64,000 nt of DNA. Origin: Niastella sp. (lineage in GTDB: Bacteria; Bacteroidota; Bacteroidia; Chitinophagales; Chitinophagaceae). The stretch lies in NCBI GenBank assembly GCA_016710595.1, contig JADJVM010000005.1, positions 339,657 to 403,656 on the forward strand. The letters run 5' to 3'. Every line of letters begins with the position of its first letter. Positions within the stretch are counted from its first letter, which is position 1. The notes below the pieces were generated by a model that saw nothing but the letters and a program-made list of their open reading frames with translations, was not told the DNA's origin and searched no databases. Positions 26,373 to 35,805 of the stretch are shown in pieces. Both the position numbers and the translations under genes were made by a program.

Positions 26373-27836
26373 CTAAAACTTTTTAATTTTTTTTATTCCT
26401 GCAATCCGTTTCAGCATATTCCTGAAAATAAAATAATGAAAAGGCAGCATTGAATACCAATAGTTACGACCCATAATACCTTTAGGGCGAAAAGTTGCAG
26501 TTTGTTTTAAAATGCACCGGCTTTCATTTTGAATAATTGCAAACTCAAGCCAAGCTTCGCCGGGCAGTTTCATTTCTGCAAATAAAAGCAAGCGATAATT
26601 TTTTCGGTCTGCCAGTATCACTCTCCAAAAATCAATTGTATCTCCGGCTTCAATATCTATTTTGCTTCTTCTGCCCCGGCTCAATCCTACGCCTCCTACT
26701 AATTTGTCTAATATACCACGGATCCTCCACAATTTATCAGCATAATACCATCCCTGTTCGCCACCAATTCCAAAAAAGCGATCAGCCACTTCCTTAATTT
26801 TATCCCTGTCAATCTCTGTCCACTTACGATCCTGATAACAACCGTTCACCGGAACTTCGATATGCTCATTTACATCTAAACGATTTAAGCTGCTGGATGC
26901 CGAATCTGTCCAGCTTGAAACTACCATATTTTGTGCAATTCTTTCAAAAGCCATTTCAATAGCTTCCTTGTAAGGAATTAATTGCTGTGGAATAATTTCA
27001 CGGATAGAAAACTCTTTGCATATAACATCATTCTTCATGCTATGTACCAATTGGCGTGCAATTGTAATATTTGCCGACGTAGTAAGGTAAAGCCAGTAAG
27101 CAGATAAGCCAGGAAATGGTACAGGTAAAGAAAGAATATATCTTTTGTATCCCCGAACGGCTGCAAATTGCAGAATCATTTGTTTATAAGTTAAAACATC
27201 TGGGCCGCCAATTTCAAAAGTCCGTGAAAATGCATTTTCATTGGAGAGGCATAAGTGCAAATAGTTGATTACATTTCTTATGGCAATCGGTTGGCATTTA
27301 GAATTCAACCAGCGGGGCACAATCATTACAGGTAATTTTTCAGTAAGATCACGGATAATCTCAAAAGATATACTACCGGAACCTACAATGATACCAGCCT
27401 CAAAAATAGTATAAGGGATACCGGATTGCATGATCACATCTTTCACTACTTTTCGTGCATATAAATGTTTTGACAGATTTTCTTCATTGCTGATGCCACC
27501 CAGGTAAATGATCTGTTTTACTTTTGTAAGTGTAGCCACCAGCACAAAACATCCTATTGATCTTAATTCATATTCCTTCAACGTAGTAGTGGTATCGCCC
27601 AAAGAATGAATTAAGTAATAAGCAGCATCAAATTCTTTATTCTTAAAATGCTGAATGGCATTTTCAGGATACAGGAAATCATATTCAATGATCTGAACTT
27701 TTTCTAAAATACTTTTAGTGGGCTTAAACCGTTTGGTATCCCTAACCACGCATGTAACCTCATGGCCTGCCTCTACAAGAACCGGCAATATTCTCATGCC
27801 GATATATCCGTTAGCACCGGTTAACAAAATACGCAT
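26373..27836 (-). CDS. NAD(P)-binding SDR/NmrA-like domain fused to a DUF2867-like C-terminal domain
   Basis: Rossmann motif MRILLTGANGYIG. The C-terminal half resembles DUF2867 proteins (recalled, not searched). The ATG at 27836 is preferred over the TTG at 27857. Confidence 0.65.
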   Translation of the reverse strand: MRILLTGANGYIGMRILPVLVEAGHEVTCVVRDTKRFKPTKSILEKVQIIEYDFLYPENAIQHFKNKEFDAAYYLIHSLGDTTTTLKEYELRSIGCFVLVATLTKVKQIIYLGGISNEENLSKHLYARKVVKDVIMQSGIPYTIFEAGIIVGSGSISFEIIRDLTEKLPVMIVPRWLNSKCQPIAIRNVINYLHLCLSNENAFSRTFEIGGPDVLTYKQMILQFAAVRGYKRYILSLPVPFPGLSAYWLYLTTSANITIARQLVHSMKNDVICKEFSIREIIPQQLIPYKEAIEMAFERIAQNMVVSSWTDSASSSLNRLDVNEHIEVPVNGCYQDRKWTEIDRDKIKEVADRFFGIGGEQGWYYADKLWRIRGILDKLVGGVGLSRGRRSKIDIEAGDTIDFWRVILADRKNYRLLLFAEMKLPGEAWLEFAIIQNESRCILKQTATFRPKGIMGRNYWYSMLPFHYFIFRNMLKRIAGIKKIKKF

Positions 27837-27846
27837 AGTTAATTTT

Positions 27847-28836
27847 TTATCCCCCAATATTGATCATACTCCGGTTGCTGATTTTTGAAGCGTCCAGGTT
27901 TTCATAAACAGATGTAAACTGCCCGCCAAGTGCTTTTTCTTTTTCCCAAACACATTGTTTAATAAGCGGTGTGATATCTTGCCCATTTCTTAATGTACTC
28001 AAAATATCTACCTCGCTTTTTGAGAAAAGGCAATTTTTCATTTTGCCATCTGTTGTTAATCTCATACGGTTACAACCACCACAAAATGGCTGGCTCATGG
28101 TGCTGATGATGGCAAAAGTACCATCGTGCCCCGGAACAAAGTATTTTTTATCAGTATCATGCTTTGCATCCTGTAATTTCATAAAATTATATTCTTTAGA
28201 AATTTGATCCAGCATTTCCTGGTAAGAAAAAACTTTTTCACGGCTCCATTCGTTGCCGGCAAAAGGCATAAACTCTATGAACCGTACGTGTAACGGTAGG
28301 TGTTTTGTCCAGGCGATAAAATCATTCAGCTCATCATCATTCACTGCTTTCATTACCACTACGTTGATCTTTACATGAAAATCATGTTGTAGCAAAAGAT
28401 AAATATTATCCAGGATGCGATTGAATTCATCCCGTTTGGTGATCGCAAAAAACTTTTCTCTTGTCAAAGAATCTAAACTCACATTTACTGATTGAATCCC
28501 TGCATTTTTAAATGCATCTATGTACTTATCCACCAGCACGCCATTGGTACTGATAGCCAATTCTACCGGATATTTAGATATTCGTTCTATAATTTCCTGT
28601 GCATCTTTTCTCACCAAAGGCTCTCCGCCTGTAAGCCGGATTTTTTTCACACCCTCTTTTACAAATACAGAGACAATTTGTTCAATTTCATCTGCAGTCA
28701 TTCGTGGCAAACCTCTGAAATAACCTTTAGGCAAATCTATTGGGTTGCAATAAGCACAACGCAGGTTGCATTTATCTGTAAGTGAAATACGGAGATAATT
28801 GTGTACCCGGTTAAATTTATCTGTAAGCATATTCAA
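27847..28836 (-). CDS. moaA: GTP 3',8-cyclase MoaA (radical SAM)
   Basis: CNLRCAYC radical-SAM cluster. C-terminal CGGCNRMRLTTDGKMKNCLF second cluster. Ends in GG. Confidence 0.9.
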   Translation of the reverse strand: MNMLTDKFNRVHNYLRISLTDKCNLRCAYCNPIDLPKGYFRGLPRMTADEIEQIVSVFVKEGVKKIRLTGGEPLVRKDAQEIIERISKYPVELAISTNGVLVDKYIDAFKNAGIQSVNVSLDSLTREKFFAITKRDEFNRILDNIYLLLQHDFHVKINVVVMKAVNDDELNDFIAWTKHLPLHVRFIEFMPFAGNEWSREKVFSYQEMLDQISKEYNFMKLQDAKHDTDKKYFVPGHDGTFAIISTMSQPFCGGCNRMRLTTDGKMKNCLFSKSEVDILSTLRNGQDITPLIKQCVWEKEKALGGQFTSVYENLDASKISNRSMINIGG

Positions 28837-28841
28837 TTTAT

Positions 28842-29534
28842 TTATGACAAATCCACTGAAAAATATTTTTTCATCTTATTTGTAATTCCTTCGTTGTCGC
28901 TTGCCGTTAAATATTTATGTGCCAATGGAAACACCACATTATCTTCCCGGAAAATGTGCAGGCGAAGCAATTCAACCAATGCCAATCCCTGTTCAATAGC
29001 AGTATCAATCAGTAATGCATTTGAAATACGATCTGTAAGGCGTGAAGCGACGCCCATGAGGCTGAAAGTGAGTGTACCAAATTCCATTGTTTTGATATGG
29101 TCATGCTCCAGCATATCTATTGCCGTTTCGGGAACCGGCCCGGATCCACATTCTCCATTATCAATCATACGGTCGTGGATGTATGGAAATAAAACTCTTT
29201 CTTCTTTGAGATTGTGCAATACAATTTTATTATCCAGGAATTCAAAGAATTCGCCGAGCTTGCTGTTCCTCTCTTTATTAATACCTTCTTTTTTTATCTC
29301 TAATAAATTTTTTTCAAATTCATCTAATTGTGTCAGCATATTCTTATGTTCGGTCATAAGAAGTTGTATGAATGGATGCAGCTCTTCAAAAGGTACCGGT
29401 TCAGTGGCAGGTGGTTGATACGCTTCGGGGGGCGCCATTGGCGAATACACAGGATCAGAACCCGGATCTTTATCTACAAACCTTTTTATGTAATCATCTT
29501 TTTTATGATTTTCTTTTTCAAAAATATTATTCAT
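28842..29534 (-). CDS. Hemerythrin (HHE cation-binding) domain protein, two half-domains
   Basis: Repeated H...HxxxE / E(E/D)xxxFP motifs (TEHKNM, LHNLKEERVLFPYI, EHDHIKTME, LHIFREDNVVFPLA). Confidence 0.6.
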   Translation of the reverse strand: MNNIFEKENHKKDDYIKRFVDKDPGSDPVYSPMAPPEAYQPPATEPVPFEELHPFIQLLMTEHKNMLTQLDEFEKNLLEIKKEGINKERNSKLGEFFEFLDNKIVLHNLKEERVLFPYIHDRMIDNGECGSGPVPETAIDMLEHDHIKTMEFGTLTFSLMGVASRLTDRISNALLIDTAIEQGLALVELLRLHIFREDNVVFPLAHKYLTASDNEGITNKMKKYFSVDLS

Positions 29535-29581
29535 CTTATTTATTTTGTTGTTTAAAATTTTTTTTGATGCTATAAAAATAA

Positions 29582-30706
29582 TTATAGATAATTGTTTTGA
29601 ATAGCAGTATTTTTTATTCTCTGGTTTATTTTTTTACATTCATTCAATAAGAACCGTAACAAGCCTGTAAATGTGATGATCCATGCACACAAAGCTATGT
29701 ATATAAATGCCTGGTAGAGATAATGCAAAAATGGAATATGCAATGCCTTTGCCATACGGAAAGTACATACTGCATACATGCCTTGCGGAAATACTGCGCC
29801 CCAATATAATGGATCATATTTAAGCGGATATTTTTTATACACATGCCGCCATATTGCCAGGATGATGAGCATCGGAATCCACCAGGTACCCGTTGCCCAG
29901 TAAAATACGGTAAACCCTTTAAGAAAAGGAAGCATGGATTGCAGCAAAGGGGCATCGGGTGCATTTATGATAAGCACCGATCCGCCCAGTGCAGATATAG
30001 CCATTGCGCCCATATTGATCCAGTAAGGTGGCGCCAGGTCATCAGGTGAAAATTTAAAAAAAGTATAACGGTAAAAAATTAATGAAATCATCCAGATGTA
30101 GAACATACCGCCCCAGAGCCACATAGAAAGTGCGAAAAAATTAATTTCAATACGATAGGGTTGTTTGATATGCGATGCAATTAATGCACTTAATATAGAA
30201 ACTGATTGAGTTGCTACGATAGCGGTAAGCCATCCTCCTGTAATGCCTTTATCTAAAGTGGGTTTATCCTGTTGTGTAGTAAGTGTTGTAAAAATGGTAT
30301 AGGTTAAAAACAACCATAATAAGATACCAAAAATCAGGAGCGATAATGCAATGTGTAATTGCTCATACATTAAAATATACTGGATACCCAATACGCAGGT
30401 ACCGGCTACGGTAGTAAAGAAACCGGTTCCCGATAAATGATTGGTAAGGTCCTTTTTTACTAAACTAAAATACCACATCATCCGCAGAATAGTGAAGATC
30501 CAAAGTATGATGTAAAAAATATTATTGAGAAAAAATAACGCCTCAGCAATCCATTTCATTTCCATGAGAAAGGTTCCTATAGAAATAATACCGGTGGCCA
30601 TTACCAACGCAAAGTATGATGGAGAAAGGTTTTTAACGCCTTCTCTTATATACTCTACTGCTGTGGCAAAGTAAGAAAACCTGATATTGTTTTGTGTTCT
30701 TGTCAA
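29582..30706 (-). CDS. Tellurite-resistance/dicarboxylate transporter (TDT; TehA/SLAC1) family anion channel/transporter
   Basis: About 10 TM. N-terminal SPSYFALVMATGIIS motif is typical of TDT family members. Size is 374 aa. Confidence 0.65.
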   Translation of the reverse strand: MTRTQNNIRFSYFATAVEYIREGVKNLSPSYFALVMATGIISIGTFLMEMKWIAEALFFLNNIFYIILWIFTILRMMWYFSLVKKDLTNHLSGTGFFTTVAGTCVLGIQYILMYEQLHIALSLLIFGILLWLFLTYTIFTTLTTQQDKPTLDKGITGGWLTAIVATQSVSILSALIASHIKQPYRIEINFFALSMWLWGGMFYIWMISLIFYRYTFFKFSPDDLAPPYWINMGAMAISALGGSVLIINAPDAPLLQSMLPFLKGFTVFYWATGTWWIPMLIILAIWRHVYKKYPLKYDPLYWGAVFPQGMYAVCTFRMAKALHIPFLHYLYQAFIYIALCAWIITFTGLLRFLLNECKKINQRIKNTAIQNNYL

Positions 30707-30752
30707 TTTATTAATTTAATAAAACCGCAATCTTTTTATTAATATTATATTT

Positions 30753-32243
30753 TTATGCAGGCTGCTTAATGGCTTTAATGGCTAAGCGCTGCAACACGAT
30801 ACATATAGCTGCCAGGGCAGCGAGAAACATCCAGCAAGACGTCCAAACACCACTTGATTTAAGTAAATACCCAAAAAGTATCGGGCCGAAAAAACCACCA
30901 AGGCCGCCCAATACGCCCACAATTCCGCCCACAGTTCCAATATTGGTGGGATAATAATCAGAAATATGTTTATAAACAGCTGCTCCTCCCAGCCCCATCA
31001 TAATACCAATAAGAAATACCAGGGTTGTGAATATCCATTTATTTGCCTGGAAATAAATTAAGGTAACTCCTTTTGCAATTAATTGTCCCTTTGCTACTGT
31101 ATCACCTTGCTTTATATTAGCTTCCTGGTGAAAAATAGTAGTAGGTAAAAATAAGAAGCCTTCATTATCATGATGAATGCCAAAACGTATAGAAACTTCT
31201 GAAGAGTCGCCTGATTTATTTTGCAACATGTAAGTATCCTCACCAATAATGATCTTATCGTTTGAAACGAATTGGGCAACACCTGGTTTATTTGCCATGA
31301 TCCCCTGCCCCGGTGCCTGTATTTCCATACGGGGAATAAACAGAAAAATCATGCTTACAATACATACTCCAAAAACCCAGATCAAAACCATACGTGCTCC
31401 TACTTTATCAGTTAGCCAGCCGCCTACAGCCCTTACTAAACCTGCTGGCAAGCTAAAGGCAGTAACCATAAAACCAGCCATCACAATACTCATTGCATAT
31501 ACATTCACATAGTATGGAATAAGCCATTGAGACAATGCAACAAAACTTCCAAAAACAAAAAAATAGTAAAGCCCAAACCGCCATACCCTTATTTCTTTTA
31601 ATGGAGATAACCGCTGCGCTATTGTTTTATTTTCAACAGGCTTTTTATGAATGGTACCTAAGAAAAATATCACCGCTACCACTACCAGCAAGGCAGCATA
31701 TAATTTTGGAAGGGTACGCCAACCTTCCAGGTATGCTCCATGCCTTGTAAGATTATTTAAAATGGTAGGTGCAAATAATGTTGTTAATGCAGCGCCCATA
31801 GTACCTGCTCCAAAAATACCCAGTGCCGTTCCCTGCTTTTCTTTGGGATACCAAAGGCTGGTGTAAGCAACACCTGCCGCAAAAGAGGCGCCCGACAATC
31901 CAAACCCCACACTTAGTAGCAGAAAACTGGTATAACTATTTGCCTGCGATAAAAAAAACATGGGGATTGCGCAAAAAAATAAAATTAAGGACATCACCCA
32001 CTTTCCACCATACTTATCAGTAAGCATCCCAACAGGTAAACGAAAAACCGATCCCACTAAAACCGGTACGCCCAGTAACCAACCAATTTGTATGGGTGAC
32101 CATTTAAAAACAGCATTATTTACCAGGAATGTAACCAATACGCCATTGATCATCCATGCAGCAAAGCATACCGTAAAGGCGAGGGTACTTAAAAACAAGA
32201 TTCGATGAGAGGTCCTGGTATTTATGGTTTTTGAATCTTTCAT
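30753..32243 (-). CDS. narK: MFS nitrate/nitrite transporter NarK (with a roughly 95-aa inserted soluble segment)
   Basis: MFS signature GMLTDKYGGK. Gly-rich NNP-type motifs (GFGLSGASFAAG; GGIVGVLGGLGGFFGP). Located in the nar operon. Confidence 0.85.
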   Translation of the reverse strand: MKDSKTINTRTSHRILFLSTLAFTVCFAAWMINGVLVTFLVNNAVFKWSPIQIGWLLGVPVLVGSVFRLPVGMLTDKYGGKWVMSLILFFCAIPMFFLSQANSYTSFLLLSVGFGLSGASFAAGVAYTSLWYPKEKQGTALGIFGAGTMGAALTTLFAPTILNNLTRHGAYLEGWRTLPKLYAALLVVVAVIFFLGTIHKKPVENKTIAQRLSPLKEIRVWRFGLYYFFVFGSFVALSQWLIPYYVNVYAMSIVMAGFMVTAFSLPAGLVRAVGGWLTDKVGARMVLIWVFGVCIVSMIFLFIPRMEIQAPGQGIMANKPGVAQFVSNDKIIIGEDTYMLQNKSGDSSEVSIRFGIHHDNEGFLFLPTTIFHQEANIKQGDTVAKGQLIAKGVTLIYFQANKWIFTTLVFLIGIMMGLGGAAVYKHISDYYPTNIGTVGGIVGVLGGLGGFFGPILFGYLLKSSGVWTSCWMFLAALAAICIVLQRLAIKAIKQPA

Positions 32244-32249
32244 GTATGC

Positions 32250-32702
32250 TTACTCATTTATTTTTTTAGTAAAATCCATTCGGCCTTTTTCGGGAAATTT
32301 ATCTGAATAGCGTACCATAAAAATACCGCCCGGCACAAGTATGCTATCTACCGGTACCGGGTGAAATGTATTGCAGCACCTATACGTTTGCCCATTTACT
32401 TCATACTCGAATAATACGCCCTGCCCCAATGCAAAAACATTACAAAACCGAATCGTTTTCCCCTGCACATATTTCGGATCTTTTAATAAAGATCCTTCAA
32501 TGCGGTATTGCTTATAGATCAAAACAATACCAATAGATAAAATGATAAAAAAAACGGAATTGATTATTTTCTTTTTAGCTGGTCCTGTTCTTATTATTTT
32601 AAAAAAATTAAAAACAATACCTACGGCAATAAGGCATAGCAGGATGCCTTTTACAACCTGGCTGGTTAATAATTCATCATCTGTAACAATATTGAGTAAC
32701 AC
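32250..32702 (-). CDS. Small membrane protein (2 TM plus beta-rich C-terminal domain; DUF3592-like, tentative)
   Basis: Two TM helices followed by a soluble domain with CC and PG motifs. The family assignment is only a recollection. Confidence 0.4.
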   Translation of the reverse strand: MLLNIVTDDELLTSQVVKGILLCLIAVGIVFNFFKIIRTGPAKKKIINSVFFIILSIGIVLIYKQYRIEGSLLKDPKYVQGKTIRFCNVFALGQGVLFEYEVNGQTYRCCNTFHPVPVDSILVPGGIFMVRYSDKFPEKGRMDFTKKINE

Positions 32703-32703
32703 G

Positions 32704-33432
32704 TTAATTGTTTTTGGGGCGATGCAATGACCATGGGGTACGGGGGCTACGCACTTTTCTCCTGCCCCAATACCATCTTACTTGCTGGTAAGGACGCCAG
32801 ATATAATTTATGGGAGGTACCAGGAAATGTATGAGTCTTGAAAAAGGAACGATACCAATAATTGTAAAAGCACCGATGATATGTAATTTCACCGTCCAGG
32901 GCAGTAAAGAAACTGCAGAGATATCGGGTTGTAATTTAAAAATGGAGTGTAAATAAGGAACCAGTAAGGTAGAGAACCAGGAAGATCCCCATCTAAAATT
33001 ATAAGCAATCCACAAGCCCGTAATGGTTTGAAGGATCAGTAACATATAAATTACAAAATCCATTTTATTGGTTACAAACCTTAGCCGGGGTGTAGTATAT
33101 CGCCTAATCAGAAGATTGATGAGGCCTACCAGCATACTAATACCAAAAATAAACGCACTAATTTCCAGGATCATAAGGCGAAGAGGCTGGCTGTTCCAGG
33201 CCAATATACCACGTGGAATTAAGAAAGCAACTAAGTGGCCGGTGAATATAAAAAGTATTCCCCAGTGAAATGGAACGGAACCATAAAATAGTTTTCTCCC
33301 TTCCAGGAACTGGGAAGAAAGCGAAGAGAACTGGAACCCTTTATACGTGTACCGATAGATAGAACCGATAAGAAAAACGGCAAGCGCAACATAAGGCAAC
33401 GCAATCAGGAAAAAATTATTTAGTGCGTCCAT
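32704..33432 (-). CDS. narI: Respiratory nitrate reductase gamma subunit NarI
   Basis: 5-TM di-haem b protein with conserved His in TM2 and TM5 (PFHWGILF...GHLV; ...KLHIIGAF...SRLIHF). Follows narJ. Confidence 0.85.
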   Translation of the reverse strand: MDALNNFFLIALPYVALAVFLIGSIYRYTYKGFQFSSLSSQFLEGRKLFYGSVPFHWGILFIFTGHLVAFLIPRGILAWNSQPLRLMILEISAFIFGISMLVGLINLLIRRYTTPRLRFVTNKMDFVIYMLLILQTITGLWIAYNFRWGSSWFSTLLVPYLHSIFKLQPDISAVSLLPWTVKLHIIGAFTIIGIVPFSRLIHFLVPPINYIWRPYQQVRWYWGRRKVRSPRTPWSLHRPKNN

Positions 33433-33444
33433 AATATTTTATTT

Positions 33445-34227
33445 TTAATCTTTTTCAATTTTCATCTCTGTATCAATACTACGGGTGTAATCGGCCTGTG
33501 GTATTGGGCCTGAACATAATGCTGTATTGCCTTGAATACCGGCAGCATCTTTTTGTTCAGATTGCTGGGTTAAGAATTCATTTACCGTGGCATCATAACC
33601 AAAATCATTTTCCATTGCAATGAATAAGGCTTTTAGGCAATTCTGGTAAATGAGCCTATAATGTTGAGAGCTCTCCAGTAAAATTTTCTGGTGCTTCTTA
33701 TATACTACATCTTTTTTTTCTACCCTGTCAGTAGAAAACTCATCAATCATCTTCAGTACTGCCGGCATCAGTAAGCGAATCGTAATTTCACAACGCATAC
33801 TATCATCTTTCATTTTAGGAAGCAGGTTCAGGATATTGGGTAAATGATCTGCCAATTCGGTATGGCAAGGGTTGCCCGCATTCTTATGTTCTGTATTAAG
33901 ATTTACCAGTAACTGGCCCCGTTTGTAATCTTCTCCAAAAAGAATAAAGCCGATGTCCAGTGTGGTAATGGCCTGCAAATCAAAAGAGCGCAGGAAAAGT
34001 TCCTGAATTTCGGTTAATGAAGATGATTCAGTAAAGTCAATAAATGGTTGCAGCGCTTCAGCAGCTTCGGGCTGTGTTTCTAAAAGATAATCATAGATGC
34101 ACTTTACCTTTTTTTTAAACCCGTCATCACCCGGGTACATAAAAAGGTCTGCAAGCCTACTGTAGTCAACCAGGTACGGATATGAAATATCTTCCTCCCC
34201 GGTATTAATTTCTAATGTATTTCCCAT
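33445..34227 (-). CDS. narJ: Nitrate reductase assembly chaperone (NarJ/TorD family), long form
   Basis: Position between narH and narI. TorD-like N-terminal pattern (YSRLADLFMYPGDD). Confidence 0.6.
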   Translation of the reverse strand: MGNTLEINTGEEDISYPYLVDYSRLADLFMYPGDDGFKKKVKCIYDYLLETQPEAAEALQPFIDFTESSSLTEIQELFLRSFDLQAITTLDIGFILFGEDYKRGQLLVNLNTEHKNAGNPCHTELADHLPNILNLLPKMKDDSMRCEITIRLLMPAVLKMIDEFSTDRVEKKDVVYKKHQKILLESSQHYRLIYQNCLKALFIAMENDFGYDATVNEFLTQQSEQKDAAGIQGNTALCSGPIPQADYTRSIDTEMKIEKD

Positions 34228-34254
34228 GCTGTAATTATTAAATAATTTTTGTTC

Positions 34255-35805
34255 TTATATCCCCCGCTTCACTTTTCCTTTAATACCAAAACCTGCCTCA
34301 CCTTTGGTATCACCGGTGAAGTCCATCATTTCAATAGCCTGCTCACGGTGTGCTGCGGGAATTACAAATCGCTCTTCAAACTTGGGTAATGAAGTGAGTG
34401 CATAAATAGCATCTGCTACGGCTGCGGTTAAGCCTGCATCTGCTAAGGTAGCATCCGCTTTTTCATCGCTTACATCTCCCACTGTTACCCTGCGGCGATG
34501 AATACGTACCGCCAGTAATTTTTTCCATTTATCTTTTACTATTTCTTCATCTCCTGCACTAAATAAGCTGGCGATATATTTTAATGGAAAGCGGATTTCA
34601 TCTAATGTACCCCAGAGTTCTTTGGTACTGGTATCGTACAGCCAGTTATCGTCCCATTTTTTTGCAATAGGATCCATTTTTTCCTGCTGTTCTTTATTAT
34701 CTACTTTTTTTACAGTAGCCATTACCGGGAGCAGTGGTGGTACATAAAATAACATGGGCAATGTGCGAAACTCCGGATGCAATGGTAGCGCCAATCCCCA
34801 TTCTTTTACGAATTTATAAACGGGTGAAAACTGTGCTGCATGGATGGTAGAATCGGCCACGCCGTTCATTTTTGCTGCTCGGATCACATCTTTATCAAAC
34901 GGATCCAGTATCAGGTCAAGTTGATTATTGATAAGATCTTTATCATCGCCATGTACAGCCGATTCAATTTTATCTGCATCATACAACAATACACCCAGGT
35001 ATCTTATTCTCCCTACACATGAGTGCATACAGGCAGGCGCCAGCCCTGCTTCGATACGTGGATAACAAAGAATACATTTTTCTGATTTACCGGTGTACCA
35101 GTTATAATATGATTTTTTATAAGGGCATGCCGTTACACACATTCTCCATGCACGGCACACTTCCTGGTTAATTAATACCACCCCATCTTCCCCTCTTTTA
35201 TAAATAGCCCCGGAAGGACAGGATGCAACACAGGCTGGGTTTAAGCAATGATTACATATCCTGGGCAAGTAAAAAAATGCCATTTTCTCCAACTGGAACA
35301 TTACTTCCTGCTCTTCCGGAGAAATGTTTTTCATATTTGGGTCGTTGCGGGCAAAGTCTGGTGTGCCACTAAGATCGTCATCCCAGTTGGGTCCCATTTT
35401 TATATCAATTGGTTTTCCTGTAATTAATGAAACGGGCCTGGCTGTAGGTTGGTCATCTCCTTCGGGAGATTCTATCAGGTCTAAATATTTATAAGTAAAT
35501 GGCTCATAGTAATCATCAATAATGGGTAGGTTGGGATTATAAAATATATTGGTGAGCCCACGTCTTTTTCCTGCTCCCTTCAACGAAACTTTTCCGTTTT
35601 TCTTTTCCCATCCGCCCCTGTAAATTTCCTGGTCTTCCCATTTAGTAGGATACCCGGTACCCGGTTTCGTTTCTACATTGTTCCACCACATATATTCTGC
35701 TCCCTTCCTATCGGTCCAGATATTTTTACAGGCAATGGAACAGGTGTGGCAACCAATACACTTATCCAAGTGAAAAACCATTGCTATTTGTGAACGAACA
35801 TCCAT
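34255..35805 (-). CDS. narH: Respiratory nitrate reductase beta subunit NarH
   Basis: Four Fe-S cluster motifs (CIGCHTCSIACK; CNHCLNPACVASCP; CRAWRMCVTACPY; CILCYPRIEAGLAPACMHSCVGRIRY). Confidence 0.95.
   Translation of the reverse strand: MDVRSQIAMVFHLDKCIGCHTCSIACKNIWTDRKGAEYMWWNNVETKPGTGYPTKWEDQEIYRGGWEKKNGKVSLKGAGKRRGLTNIFYNPNLPIIDDYYEPFTYKYLDLIESPEGDDQPTARPVSLITGKPIDIKMGPNWDDDLSGTPDFARNDPNMKNISPEEQEVMFQLEKMAFFYLPRICNHCLNPACVASCPSGAIYKRGEDGVVLINQEVCRAWRMCVTACPYKKSYYNWYTGKSEKCILCYPRIEAGLAPACMHSCVGRIRYLGVLLYDADKIESAVHGDDKDLINNQLDLILDPFDKDVIRAAKMNGVADSTIHAAQFSPVYKFVKEWGLALPLHPEFRTLPMLFYVPPLLPVMATVKKVDNKEQQEKMDPIAKKWDDNWLYDTSTKELWGTLDEIRFPLKYIASLFSAGDEEIVKDKWKKLLAVRIHRRRVTVGDVSDEKADATLADAGLTAAVADAIYALTSLPKFEERFVIPAAHREQAIEMMDFTGDTKGEAGFGIKGKVKRGI

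Noticed and set aside
28801-29418. A 205-aa plus-strand ORF, the longest unassigned ORF in the track.
   Set aside because: It is antisense to the hemerythrin gene and to the moaA 5' end. Its composition is Ser/Cys/Asn-rich shadow-frame sequence and no family was recognised.
29535-29581. A Moco riboswitch upstream of the hemerythrin-moaA genes.
   Set aside because: The gap is only 47 nt and shows no conserved Moco-motif helices. The other gaps within the operon are also too short.
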